A stretch of DNA of 64,000 bases from an uncultured Pseudomonadota bacterium (lineage in GTDB: Bacteria > Pseudomonadota > Alphaproteobacteria > Rs-D84), in assembly GCA_949298405.1 (NCBI GenBank), contig CASFWA010000001.1, positions 231 to 64,230 of the forward strand. The letters are read 5' to 3'. Made by a program: the position numbers and the translations under genes. The notes under the pieces were generated by a model. It did not search any database. It was not told the DNA's origin and saw only the letters and a list, made by a program, of their open reading frames with translations. Below are positions 1 to 10,700 of this stretch, piece by piece (positions within the stretch are counted from its first letter, which is position 1; each line of letters starts with the position of its first letter).

Positions 1-382
1 TGGATATTTCCAAATTCAACTGTCTGCATATCTCTTCTTGAACAGATTTTTGAATAATTCAAAAAATCTTTTGATGAGCTGCTTTTATTCACAATGTTTG
101 CGTAATTAACAAGAACCCTATTCATTTGGTCGTTCCGTTAACCGCAGAATTTCAGGGGTTGAGAGTTTTTTTGATTTATTCCCAACTTGAAAGCCCGCAT
201 AGTATGTGCGCAAATCGTCAAAAAGTCAAGCGATTTTTCAAAAATAATTTTCATATTTTTTATCCACTCACCAAAAACGCCGGAAATCCGCCATTTTTTG
301 TTTTAATTTTTTTTACTTTTTTGCTTTTTATTCCACAAGTACGATTCGTAATCCTTACTTTTATGATTCGAATTAGCACCAG

Positions 383-420
383 AAAAAAAATAAAAGACTG
401 CCGATTCGACAGTCTTTTTA
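383..420. terminator. Hairpin AAGACTG-N9-CAGTCTT with flanking A/T runs; bidirectional rho-independent terminator downstream of the minus-strand OMP gene
   Basis: Perfect 7-bp inverted repeat at 394-400/410-416 followed by TTTTT; preceded by an A8 run. Confidence 0.55.
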
Positions 421-443
421 ATCAACCAAATAAACAAAGGACT

Positions 444-1355
444 CTAAAAACGGTACATAAAGCCTATTTTTACCATAGGATAGAATTTTAACTTATCCAA
501 CTCGTCCTGAGCATCTGCCAGCGCATCGCGCTTTGCTTGCTCAAATTCGGCTATACCGTTTAACTCCACTTTTTCCCAACCAGAACCATTCCATTTCTGC
601 AAATTGTCTGTCGGTAAATCTAAACCAAGTTGCGCAGTCTTATTTGTAAACACTACGCCCGCATCCATATATATCTTCAGTCCTGCAAACAGTCCCAAAT
701 CAAACCCCGCACCTAAATAAGGCCCGCGATAATTCCAGTCGGCATTGGCCGTTCCATGAATCTGATTCCCAATATATTTATAATCTGTACCATTCAATTC
801 AAATGCAAACTCAGAATCTGGCAACCCGTCAACACTACCTGTTAAATTTGCTTCTAAATTTAATTTTCCAAAGTAATAACCACCTGAAATCCTTATTCCG
901 CCAAGAAACCAAGTATCACCAAACGGATAAAAATCTACTAATGCCGCAATATGTTGACCTTTGATATTTCCGTCTTTTATTTTTAAACCGTCACCTAAAT
1001 CAATGCCTTCATCCCCCATAACAGCATCAACCCCAGAATTTATCATGGACTTTACTGGTTCGGTACTAGCAAAATCTAAACGGAACCCAAGCCGCTTCCA
1101 CCAAAACGAATCGAAGTTTTTATTTGCATATCCCACAAAACCATTTAGCCCACTAGTTGCAGACACACCTACACCAAGTTGCAAACCATGTGGGAATTTT
1201 ATATCCGGATTTACGATTTCTTTTTCTGAAGAAACAGAAACTGCACTTTCTGTATTTGAAGTCGCTTCAACTTTTTCTTCTGGCAGCCCAGCCTCTTCTG
1301 CAACCGCAGGCATTACCAATGTTGCCAATATAGCAAAAACAGAAATTTTTTTCAT
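444..1355 (-). CDS. Outer membrane beta-barrel protein (porin/OmpA-like), exported
   Basis: N-terminal signal peptide (MKKISVFAILATLVMPAVA), alternating amphipathic strands and a C-terminal aromatic ending ...FMYRF typical of OMPs. Start moved to the MKK Met inside the track ORF. Confidence 0.6.
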   Translation of the reverse strand: MKKISVFAILATLVMPAVAEEAGLPEEKVEATSNTESAVSVSSEKEIVNPDIKFPHGLQLGVGVSATSGLNGFVGYANKNFDSFWWKRLGFRLDFASTEPVKSMINSGVDAVMGDEGIDLGDGLKIKDGNIKGQHIAALVDFYPFGDTWFLGGIRISGGYYFGKLNLEANLTGSVDGLPDSEFAFELNGTDYKYIGNQIHGTANADWNYRGPYLGAGFDLGLFAGLKIYMDAGVVFTNKTAQLGLDLPTDNLQKWNGSGWEKVELNGIAEFEQAKRDALADAQDELDKLKFYPMVKIGFMYRF

Positions 1356-1489
1356 ATTTTCCCCCATTAAAAATTTCTTTAACTCTTCTTTTACAAACTA
1401 TAACAGATTAAAGATTTTTATCTCAACCAAAAAAACAACTTAAATTTGTGTTCAAAACATCTGTTTTTTGTGATATTATTCAAAGTATG

Positions 1490-2800
1490 AAAAGCAGAAT
1501 TATTATTTTTTCGTCCCTGCTTTGTTTGTGTGGGACGACATCTGGTTTCGCATCAGAATGCATGGGGCCAGAATGCAATATAGAACCTATAAATATGCCA
1601 GTCATTTCTGAACCGACTGTTTTAGGAATGCCGCAAGCGGTTCCCGTTGTTGCTGAATATGCGCAGCCTGTGGAATATGTTTATGCACAGCAAATCCCTA
1701 TGCGGGAAGTGAAATTACTGTCTATCAAACCAGTACCCGAAGACACACGCCCACCTGTGTGGGACGGTACCGCAGGCGACTATGACCCACGTGGTTATGA
1801 TAAAACTGTCGATTGGCGTGACGGAGTTCCTATTTGGGACGATTCCATATCAAGTTATAAATATAAAGATTTTACAGATTGGTTCTTGCAACCAATGACA
1901 GAAGTTTATATTCGTGACGCAAGCGATGTTCAAACAATGCCTGTTGCACAACAACAACCAACTGTACAACAAGAAAACATTGATGTAATGGCACTATATC
2001 GCCAGAACATGGCCGACGCTGCCGCAACACGCGCACGCGTAGAAGAATTGCTATCCCCACAAAAACCTTCTGGAAATCTATGGGGATGCGCGGACGAAAA
2101 TGTGACAGAAACTGTTTCTGAAAAAATTGAATTGCCTGCACCGAAACCAGAATATGTGGCACAAGACCTAACAGAAGTTGTCAAGGTCACTTTCGGTCGT
2201 ACAGACGGATGTCCTTTTGAAACAGAAACAGAATGCGAAATATGGCGCAGGAAACCAATTGTTATCGAAACAGTTTCCCCACGTAGCCCCAAGATTCGTG
2301 CAGACAAAATGAACGAATTTATAAACGCGGCACGTTGCAACAATGAAATCACAGCAAATGAAGCTGTTTCGGCCCCTCTGTTGGAACGTTATAAAATACT
2401 TATGAAGTCCGCACAAGCTTGCTGCACAGACGGTATGGCTTACGCGCTTAAAAAAGCAGGTGCAACAGATGGTCTGGTTTACAAATTCTTGGCAGATGAT
2501 GCAAACTTCTATGGGTTCGGCGCGCGTTGCCTTATGACAACAGACGAAGAACTAGATACAAAATATCCAAATACTTCTACTGCAGCAGTTGTAGCAGATG
2601 TTAGAAACGGATGTTTATGCCGCGGTCGCCAATGGTTCGAAGCAATGCTGGCACCTTTTAAAGATGTTTATAAAGCATTGCCAGAATTTGCGAACGAAAA
2701 GTTCTACTACACTTACACCGATGGTTTGCAGCGCGAAATAACAGTATCTGTAAACAACGATGTTCAGAATGTGTTGAACCAACTAGAACGGTGTCCGTAA
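1490..2800 (+). CDS. Hypothetical exported Cys-containing protein
   Basis: ORF with a signal-peptide-like N-terminus (MKSRIIIFSSLLCLCGTTSGFA) and many Cys; no recognisable family. Followed by a terminator hairpin at 2821-2846. Confidence 0.5.
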   Translation, partial: KSRIIIFSSLLCLCGTTSGFASECMGPECNIEPINMPVISEPTVLGMPQAVPVVAEYAQPVEYVYAQQIPMREVKLLSIKPVPEDTRPPVWDGTAGDYDPRGYDKTVDWRDGVPIWDDSISSYKYKDFTDWFLQPMTEVYIRDASDVQTMPVAQQQPTVQQENIDVMALYRQNMADAAATRARVEELLSPQKPSGNLWGCADENVTETVSEKIELPAPKPEYVAQDLTEVVKVTFGRTDGCPFETETECEIWRRKPIVIETVSPRSPKIRADKMNEFINAARCNNEITANEAVSAPLLERYKILMKSAQACCTDGMAYALKKAGATDGLVYKFLADDANFYGFGARCLMTTDEELDTKYPNTSTAAVVADVRNGCLCRGRQWFEAMLAPFKDVYKALPEFANEKFYYTYTDGLQREITVSVNNDVQNVLNQLERCP

Positions 2801-2820
2801 TAAAACATAGTCATGTAAAT

Positions 2821-2846
2821 AATCCCCGCAGAAGTGGGGATTTTAT
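2821..2846 (+). terminator. Rho-independent terminator (AATCCCC-loop-GGGGATT-TTTT)
   Basis: 7-bp perfect stem plus T-run immediately after the stop of the 1490-2800 ORF. Confidence 0.65.
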
Positions 2847-2870
2847 TAATGAAAATCTTCTATAAGGAAC

Positions 2871-2897
2871 AAAAAAACGCGTCTAGGCGCGTTTTTA
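2871..2897. terminator. Palindromic hairpin AAAACGCG-TCTAG-GCGCGTTTTT, bidirectional terminator
   Basis: Perfect palindrome with an A-run 5' and a T-run 3'; lies at the 3' end of the minus-strand gene 2895-3665. Confidence 0.6.
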
Positions 2898-3665
2898 TCT
2901 TTGTTGTGTATTTGTATTTTGTCGCGATTTATTTTGCTGGTCTTCTATTGCCTGCATAACTGCGATATTTAATGCATACGCACAGTTATTTACCGCATCA
3001 CGTTGTGCCGACAAATTAGTACACGCCTCTGGTTTTGTATATTTATTGTTATTAGCATCATATAAAACCCCGCTAATAGAATACGCCCTGGCAAATTCTA
3101 AATCTTTCTGCAACTGACGATATGCTTCACCAATATTACCCGCACTTACTGCCTGCAAAACTATACGAATATTATTCTGTATACAAGACAAACCATCTGA
3201 TGTACTAGATTTTAACAAACAATTTTCAGCACCTATTAATACAACATTTCTATCGCTGGAAGCAGAACTGCTTGAAGAAGACGAACTTGGTGCACCTGCG
3301 GCCTCTAATTGCGCAGTTAAAACCGCTTTCTGCAACTGGGTTTTAAAACGGCTTATTGTCGCCTCTAAAAAGTCATATTGCTTCTTTAACTGCTGCGTCA
3401 TTATAGTTGTCTTTAATGCAACCACATCACGCATTAATTGTTTATCAGAATCATTAGTCGGATTAGATACCAACCCAATATTATAAACGTGTGTACTGCA
3501 TAATGCCAATTCTGGCGTTATACGGTCATTATTATCATCACCGCAACCATTATCTGTTGCAGAATACGCAGGTAATGTAAACATCAATGCACTAATTATG
3601 CCCCCAAACGCAAGCGCACGTCCCGCATCAGAAAACACAGAAAAGATGTTTTTTATCGACTTCAT
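2895..3665 (-). CDS. Exported hypothetical protein with coiled-coil and poly-Ser tract (Cys-rich family member)
   Basis: Signal-like N-terminus, SSSSSSSSASS run and Cys pairs. Start codon directly abuts the stop of the upstream 3666-5852 gene. Confidence 0.5.
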   Translation of the reverse strand: MKSIKNIFSVFSDAGRALAFGGIISALMFTLPAYSATDNGCGDDNNDRITPELALCSTHVYNIGLVSNPTNDSDKQLMRDVVALKTTIMTQQLKKQYDFLEATISRFKTQLQKAVLTAQLEAAGAPSSSSSSSSASSDRNVVLIGAENCLLKSSTSDGLSCIQNNIRIVLQAVSAGNIGEAYRQLQKDLEFARAYSISGVLYDANNNKYTKPEACTNLSAQRDAVNNCAYALNIAVMQAIEDQQNKSRQNTNTQQR

Positions 3666-5825
3666 TTACTTCAAAAGACCCTCTAATAAATTTGTAGAAC
3701 TACCTACAGAAAATATACCGCCACTAATTATACCATTCTGGCACCCATATCCCAATGTATAACTTAATACTTTAGAACCACACATGCATTCATCTGCGTT
3801 CATTATACCACCTGCAGCTTCACATGCATCCTTATCAAAATCCCAAACACGAGAAACCGAAGTTGTAGCAACAGAAGAATTACTTGTCATAATCTCGCAA
3901 GTTCTTTTTATATTTTCATCCGATATTCCACTGCAATCACAAGTTGATGTAGCGCTATTCCACTTTGCACCATAAGAAGAATTATCTTCACAAATTTCTC
4001 TTATTAAGCCACCAGAATTTGTGAAATACTTAGTGTCCTCTGCTGATTCGCCCTTAGAATTTACGCACATAGCACGTTCATAATCAAATGTAGAATACTC
4101 ACCACCACCTGGACAAGTGCATTCACCTTCCCCGTTCTTAGCATCTTTTGCAGGTACCCATTGAGAATTCTTACTTAAACTATTATCACATACACACTTA
4201 AGGTAATTATAACCTTGCAAAGCAGAACATTTCATCATTACGCTTTGTGTGCTTGCGCCAGTATCACCTTGGGCAATCTTACCGTCAGAAGTATATAATC
4301 TTTCTAAATCATCATCACGAACACAAACTCTATCTGGCAACTGCTTTAAACTTGCATACTTTTGTAAATCTTGAAATGTTGTAGCATTCACTGCGCAATA
4401 TTTTACACCATCTGGGTCTGCACTTTTATTCTGTCCAAACCGATTGCCACCAAATACAGCAGGTGCATCCTGTTCTATCATACGTTGCAAGACTTCTATG
4501 TCAATAGATGCCTGCTTCTTACGATTACGGAACAACGCGGAATTATCCAATGCTTCTGATGCGCAACCTACGCGAACTTGTACACCATCAACTGTTCCCA
4601 TTTCTGGATATAACCAATTCCTTTGAACTTCTGCTTCATCTGTCAACATCTTTATCAACTGACAACCACCATCTGACATAGGAACGACTTGCCCGACTTC
4701 GCACTGCGCGCCACCACGAACAGCACCTTCTGCAGTTGCAACAGATACAGACCTACCGTTTACACAATTAGTTCCATTATAATGCATTACTTGCCCAGGC
4801 CCGCATAAATACTGTCCCCAAACATTGCAAGTACCATTCAGCATCATATAAATATCTGTTATATCAACCCCGACAGATTGCGCCAAAATCAATGCGTCAT
4901 ACAGCTCATCTAAAACGTTATTATATGGTTCAAAGAAATTCATCGCTTTTTGCTTGAACGTCTTTACACGTTTCGGTCCTGTACAATTATTTCCAGTTGT
5001 ATCACAACCTGCATATTCAAATGCAGTATTCATTGCCGCTTTTACCTCTTTTAAAGCGACTTCTGCATTTTCTATTTTTGATAAAATTTGCCCTGAAATC
5101 TGTTCGCGCGCAATAACATCCGCAGAAACACCCGAAGCCGCAGCAACACTTTGTGCAGTGGTCAGACCACCAGATTCTGAATTATTTGATGCTGTTGTAG
5201 AAGTTGAAGCCGATGTACTTGGTTGTGCGGTATTAGTATTAGCCTGTGCAATTGCCTGGGCAGTTAACTGTTTCTGTTCTTCCAATGCGGCCTGTAATTG
5301 CGCTGTGGTTTCCGCGTTTTGCTGCTGCATTTGTGTTTGCATTTGCTGCATCTGAGCCTGCATTTGTTGCAACTGTTGTGCACTTTGCTGTGCCGCCGCC
5401 TGAGCCGCAGCAACCTGCGCATCAGCGGCCTGCTGATTTGCTTTTGCTGTGGAATTCGCCACTATCTGTGCAGAAATATATTCTATTAAATCGTCGCCGT
5501 ATTCTTTACAGGATTCATTAGATTCAACACACCCCGCAACAATAGGACGCGCAATTTCCAATGTTGTACAACCACCTGTCGCACACTTTGGTTGTGCACA
5601 ACGCAATATAAGCGCATTACAATTACCAAAATCTGCCGCTGGCGCGTTTGCCATACTATTCGAACGAGCATTTACAAAATTATTCCAAACATTATTATTT
5701 ATCGACCCCGATGTCGGATTATACGCAGTCAAATTACTGCCCGCCGTAGTTGCAACAGGTGCAGAAATAGCATCTGAAGACACTAATGCTAAAGCAACTA
5801 GCAAAAATCTGGATATATTCTTCAT
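3666..5825 (-). CDS. Large exported Cys-rich protein with N-terminal 6-Cys module, Q/A-rich coiled-coil and S/T-rich linker
   Basis: Signal peptide (MKNISRFLLVALALVSS), module C-x6-C-x4-C-x4-C-x12-C-x5-C at about nt 5490-5630, and a QQMQAQMQQMQTQMQQQ tract encoded by CTG/CAG-rich DNA at 5270-5450. Confidence 0.55.
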   Translation of the reverse strand: MKNISRFLLVALALVSSDAISAPVATTAGSNLTAYNPTSGSINNNVWNNFVNARSNSMANAPAADFGNCNALILRCAQPKCATGGCTTLEIARPIVAGCVESNESCKEYGDDLIEYISAQIVANSTAKANQQAADAQVAAAQAAAQQSAQQLQQMQAQMQQMQTQMQQQNAETTAQLQAALEEQKQLTAQAIAQANTNTAQPSTSASTSTTASNNSESGGLTTAQSVAAASGVSADVIAREQISGQILSKIENAEVALKEVKAAMNTAFEYAGCDTTGNNCTGPKRVKTFKQKAMNFFEPYNNVLDELYDALILAQSVGVDITDIYMMLNGTCNVWGQYLCGPGQVMHYNGTNCVNGRSVSVATAEGAVRGGAQCEVGQVVPMSDGGCQLIKMLTDEAEVQRNWLYPEMGTVDGVQVRVGCASEALDNSALFRNRKKQASIDIEVLQRMIEQDAPAVFGGNRFGQNKSADPDGVKYCAVNATTFQDLQKYASLKQLPDRVCVRDDDLERLYTSDGKIAQGDTGASTQSVMMKCSALQGYNYLKCVCDNSLSKNSQWVPAKDAKNGEGECTCPGGGEYSTFDYERAMCVNSKGESAEDTKYFTNSGGLIREICEDNSSYGAKWNSATSTCDCSGISDENIKRTCEIMTSNSSVATTSVSRVWDFDKDACEAAGGIMNADECMCGSKVLSYTLGYGCQNGIISGGIFSVGSSTNLLEGLLK

Positions 5826-5925
5826 ATTCTCTCTTAAAATCAATTTTAGCATAAAAAATATGCTCTGAAAAGATAAAAATCACGCAACAAACCCAATACA
5901 CAACAAAATTATCCTTAAAAATAAT

Positions 5926-7737
5926 TTGACAAAATATCTTTTTGTATATACCATTGTTTGCATGATTATACAAGATGGCGTTCTTTCTGATGCAAATATT
6001 AAAGACCTTGATTCCGATGGTGCTTTGCACATTCCGGAAGGTGTACAAATTGTCGCTTCTGACATTTTAACAAACTGCCCTAAATTAAAAGCAATATATT
6101 TTCCAGAAAGTGTAAAAAAAATTTTTGACAACGCCTTCAACGACAACAAAAACCTAGAAACTATTTATTTCGGAGAAAACACAAAAAGACTTTCTTCTGA
6201 ATCTTTTAGCGGATGTGACAATATAAAATTTATAAAAGTAGCCAGAAAGTGGAAAGGAAATTTCATAAACTTTTTCTTTTACACCTGTAATAACTTACAA
6301 AAAATAATTAGAAAAAATACCGATGGCGCGCTTGTCGAATATGAAATATACAATTTTAAAACTCATACTTTTTTAAAAAAGAGCCAACATAACATCGGTG
6401 ACACAGAAGTTGCCACAGTCCAAAACATATCTTTTGACGGCGATAAAATAAATGGGGATACTTTTTATATTATAAAAACCCCAAAAATAGGTGTTATGGA
6501 AGTGTCTTTGGAAAAAGCACTTAAACGCGCAAAACAACTTTTAATAATCAAGGAATTTAAACGACAAATATGGTTGGCAAAAACAAAAAACAATATTACA
6601 GATGATTCTTTAAATATTGAAACCATATTAGTTTCTGCATTAGATAAAACACTGACAACTAATAAAATATCTTTAAAAAAGAATAATTATATTTTAATCA
6701 AAGGCTTTTTTAAAAATTTACCTAAATATATCAAATATATATCTTTGATGCAGAAAAAATATCCAAACGCAAAACAAAATCTAGACGAATTGACAGATGT
6801 CTGCTTGGAAGACTTAATTAAAATTATTACCCCAAAAAGAAAGTCATTAAATAAATCTTGTACACACCTACTAAAAAAACACCCTGTTTCTAACAAAGAA
6901 ATGCAAAACATGGTTTCCATAGGGTTCAAAAACCCAGGTGCTTTTCCTGTTTCTTGGCTACGCAATCTTCCCAAAGAAAAATATGGGGATGCTACAAAAA
7001 AACTACACAACCTATTAAAAAACGCAGCATCAAAAATGTATTCCACTTCTGTTAAAAGCATATTTCCAGAAGAAATGGAAAAACTTGCAAAAAATATAAC
7101 AAAAATTATAAAGCAACACATAGAAATACAATACCTATCAGCGGGCCACTTTTCAAAAACTTACACTCTGCAAATACCTGGTGATAAAAAATACGTATGG
7201 AAAATATATCATTGTGATAATGGGTACAACTATATGTCTTCTTGGGGACACGACACAGAATTACAAAATTCTTTCTTATTATCTGGGAAAAAATATACAG
7301 GCAATATAAAATTTAGAAAAATATCTACGGCTGGTATTAGTAATCAACGTGGTGAAATATATTTAATTTACCCATTTACAGAAGACATACCAAAACAAAT
7401 AAATATTCAGACCAAATATATAAAATTTAAACGCGCCGTTGTATATGATGAAAATATTATTAGTAATTGTATAAATCGTACTTTTATAGACTTGGGTTCT
7501 ATTCATATAAATCAAGAAAGATGGTACCAACCGCTTCCTATTAGAAAAATTGCAAACACAATTTTATACCATTCTTGGAAAGAACTTTCTTATGTACTGA
7601 CAAATTATTCTTCGGACCAAATAAAATCCGCCACAGATTTTATAGAAAGAAACATGTCAAAAGAACTTATAACAGAAGGCATACTTAATAAAAAAATAAA
7701 TTATCTAAAAATAGAACTACAAAAACGAATAAGATAA
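5926..7737 (+). CDS. BspA-type leucine-rich-repeat protein with long N/K-rich C-terminal region; no signal peptide (candidate secreted effector)
   Basis: N-terminal about 110 aa show the BspA-like LRR pattern (ILTNCPKLKAIYFPESVKKIFDNAFNDNKNLETIYFGENTKRL...CDNIKFI). Gene is markedly AT-richer than its neighbours. Track start is TTG; an in-frame ATG lies at 5962. Confidence 0.5.
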   Translation: MTKYLFVYTIVCMIIQDGVLSDANIKDLDSDGALHIPEGVQIVASDILTNCPKLKAIYFPESVKKIFDNAFNDNKNLETIYFGENTKRLSSESFSGCDNIKFIKVARKWKGNFINFFFYTCNNLQKIIRKNTDGALVEYEIYNFKTHTFLKKSQHNIGDTEVATVQNISFDGDKINGDTFYIIKTPKIGVMEVSLEKALKRAKQLLIIKEFKRQIWLAKTKNNITDDSLNIETILVSALDKTLTTNKISLKKNNYILIKGFFKNLPKYIKYISLMQKKYPNAKQNLDELTDVCLEDLIKIITPKRKSLNKSCTHLLKKHPVSNKEMQNMVSIGFKNPGAFPVSWLRNLPKEKYGDATKKLHNLLKNAASKMYSTSVKSIFPEEMEKLAKNITKIIKQHIEIQYLSAGHFSKTYTLQIPGDKKYVWKIYHCDNGYNYMSSWGHDTELQNSFLLSGKKYTGNIKFRKISTAGISNQRGEIYLIYPFTEDIPKQINIQTKYIKFKRAVVYDENIISNCINRTFIDLGSIHINQERWYQPLPIRKIANTILYHSWKELSYVLTNYSSDQIKSATDFIERNMSKELITEGILNKKINYLKIELQKRIR

Positions 7738-7748
7738 AGCACAAATAA

Positions 7749-7778
7749 AAAGAAACGCCCAAACGGGCGCTTCTTTAT
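7749..7778. terminator. Bidirectional terminator hairpin (AGAAACGCCC-AAAC-GGGCGCTTCTTT)
   Basis: Long stem with one mismatch between convergent genes (LRR gene + and 1052-aa gene -). Confidence 0.6.
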
Positions 7779-10700
7779 TCCATACTGGTGCTAATTATAT
7801 CACCATACATACCAACCTCGTCTGCACCTATATAGCAGCGGATGTGCTTACCAACACTATCCATCCATTCGTTATATGCCGCTTTTTCTGCAGAATCCAA
7901 ATTAGTATCTTGGATATCACGAGTCAACTTATTTACAATCAATGTACCAACAACACCCGACGCAACTGCACCGCCTAAGTTAATCAAAGAACGAGTTCTA
8001 TTTTCTTTTGTTGCATCTGCATTTTGTGTTGTATTAGCACTGCCTGCTGCAACACTTACTGCGTTTTTCAAAGAATCCAATTCATTATTCGCCGCAGTTT
8101 TTGCTGCTGTCTTGGCCGCAGTATCAACAGTATTGTCGTCTTTTACAAACGAGCCAGCCGCTGTTGTCACTGCCTTGCGTGCAGAATCAATATTTGCAGA
8201 AGCAGCCTTTGCATTCGTTGCCAAAGTGATTAATGCTTCACCATATGTCAGCGCTTTTGCTCCATCTGTTTCTGCTTTATAAAAAGCCAAGATTCTGTCA
8301 TATTCTTCTGTTACATTTTGTGTATTAACTGTGTTTGCACTAGCAGATTTAGAACTTGAATTGCCTATTAAACCACCCAAGAAATCGCCATCTTGCATTG
8401 AATCAAACAAGTATCCACCACCAATTGCAGAACCTAGACCACCCAATACAGTCAACCATGTACGTGTACGTTTTTGTGACTCCGCTTTGTCTTCTACACT
8501 TTCTGCAGCAATAGCATTACCGATTTCTTCCAGCGCACTTGATGGTATCCAACTGCCACAAGTAAATGTATCACCTGCTGCAAAGTATGCATTTGACCAA
8601 TCACTACCTTCACGTATAGCATCCTGAATATTCTTATCATCAGACTGAATTGTTATACGGATACGGCAGAACGAACCATACAAATCATTACTTGCAACGA
8701 AATCCTTGGTTTCCAAACCTGCAACACTATAATTTGTAGGAACTTTGTTGTTTTTCAACTTTACCCACATATATGTACTGCCCATATCTTTGTTACCGAC
8801 AATACCACCCGCATTGCTGGACATACACATATTCTGTTGCTTTGTCAGTTTCGCATTGTACTTTGCCTGCGCTTCCATTTCCAAATCCGCAATTAAATCA
8901 CGGAAGATTTGTCTTTCAGCCAAATTCTGTGCATATGTTGTCTGAGAAACCATCTTTGGATATATATACTGACCACTGGCATCGTCACAACGACCTGTCA
9001 CACCATCACCGTTATCAGCGGTTGTACACAACAGATTTCCATCTGCATCAATATCCTGAACTTCCGCTGTAATGCTGTAATTACCAGCATCTAACCAACC
9101 TTCACGAACAGTCGTAATACCACTGCCCCATGAATTTGCTGTATAAGATGAATTTGCAGAACTACGCGCCATTTCAGCTTTGATATGTTCTTCACATACA
9201 CTATTATTCTTTACTGTATTCAAGCACAATCCCAAAACAATTGTATGATCTAAAACACCGCCAACTTTATTCATACTGCTATCAAAACTATCATTACCTG
9301 TATTCGTCAGAGTTGAATATATATCTGTACGATTGCGATAACAATTCTGATAATCTGTACCACACATAGACTTTACACAACTTGTCGCAATAGATTGACA
9401 CTGCTTCTTCATCTGGTCTAATGCAGATTGATTATAAGAAGTAGACAAACTTGCATTCAATGTTGCAACCGCACCAACCGGGTCAGGATTTGACGCATCC
9501 ACATCATCTGGCGCAGTAAACAACTTGTCAAATATGCTATTTTCTTCAAATATCAAAGCACCAGTCACACTATCGAATGTAGCCGCTGCATACTGGCAAG
9601 CAGTATCATTATTTACAACCGCTTCACACCCCATTTTTATACCTTCCATTGTAGAAGGATTTGTGACACCTTTTACCTTATTTGCACTATTAAATGCAGA
9701 CGCATAACACGCCGCGCCACTTCCTTCACCACAAGTACGCATAGCACAAGAAACAATTGTTTCCGAGCAACGTTCTTTTACTTTTTTATCGAATTGCGCA
9801 ATTAAATCGTCAATCTTTGCACGCATAGAATCATTCATACGCGAAGAATATGCTTCTGAATAAATTGCATCTTTATTATCTTCATCACGCAACTGAGAAT
9901 TTGTCGGCATAACACCATTGCTTAAAAATGTTGCATAGCAATATTTGTTGGCACCAATTGTATCCAAACAAGCATTCTTCAAGAATCCAGAAACTTCGCT
10001 ACGACTAACAGTTGTCTGAACCAAATCACTTGTAGATGTGCTTACCAATGTGCCATCTGTGCTATTTACATTTTCTACATATTTTATAATTTCCTGAGAA
10101 CTACCTTCCTTGCACTTATAAGGATTTGACGCACACGCGTTCAAGAAACATTGGTCAACAACCTTATAGCAAGTAGACACCGCATTTACTGCCGCCAACG
10201 CCGCACCTTCTGAAATCATAATACCGATACGGCTGTTGCTTGTAGGATTCGCAGAAGTATTTGTAGAACCAAATAATTCATTCAACCCATCATCCTGGCA
10301 GCGTGCTAATGTTGATTCACAGAATAATTTCTGCTTTTTGAATTCTGTATTGCTTGTGCACAATTCAAAGTCTGTACCACAAACATCTTCTTTCTTTAAA
10401 CAGTTTGTATATCTTCTGACACAGTCACTTGTATCCAAACGATTGCTAATGGACGCGGCCTCAATCAACTGACCCAAAACACTGCCATCTGTTGGGTAAA
10501 CATATTCACCATCAGAATTCTTATTCGTAAACAATGTCTGATTGCTTGTACCAAACAAAGAATTCACACCAGATGTGCTACATTGCAACAAGGTACTTGC
10601 ACACAATGGACGTTTCGAAAAGAACAATGTTTTGTTTGTACATTCTTCAAAATTAGCACCACAAACATCAGAACCCTTTAAGCAACTTGTATATGCTTCG

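Noticed and set aside
250-270. DnaA-box-like 9-mer TTATCCACT
   Set aside because: A single 8/9 match in AT-rich DNA with no clustered boxes or adjacent AT-rich unwinding element pattern, so it is insufficient to call an origin.
126-491. 121-aa plus-strand ORF in the AT-rich region at the window start
   Set aside because: Low-complexity, phenylalanine-rich translation typical of AT-rich non-coding DNA. It overlaps the 3' end and terminator of the minus-strand OMP gene, and has no start context or family signal.
8024-9094. Several 60-100-aa plus-strand ORFs antisense to the 1052-aa gene
   Set aside because: Cys-rich, low-complexity reverse-frame translations of the large minus-strand gene. 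No independent start signals.
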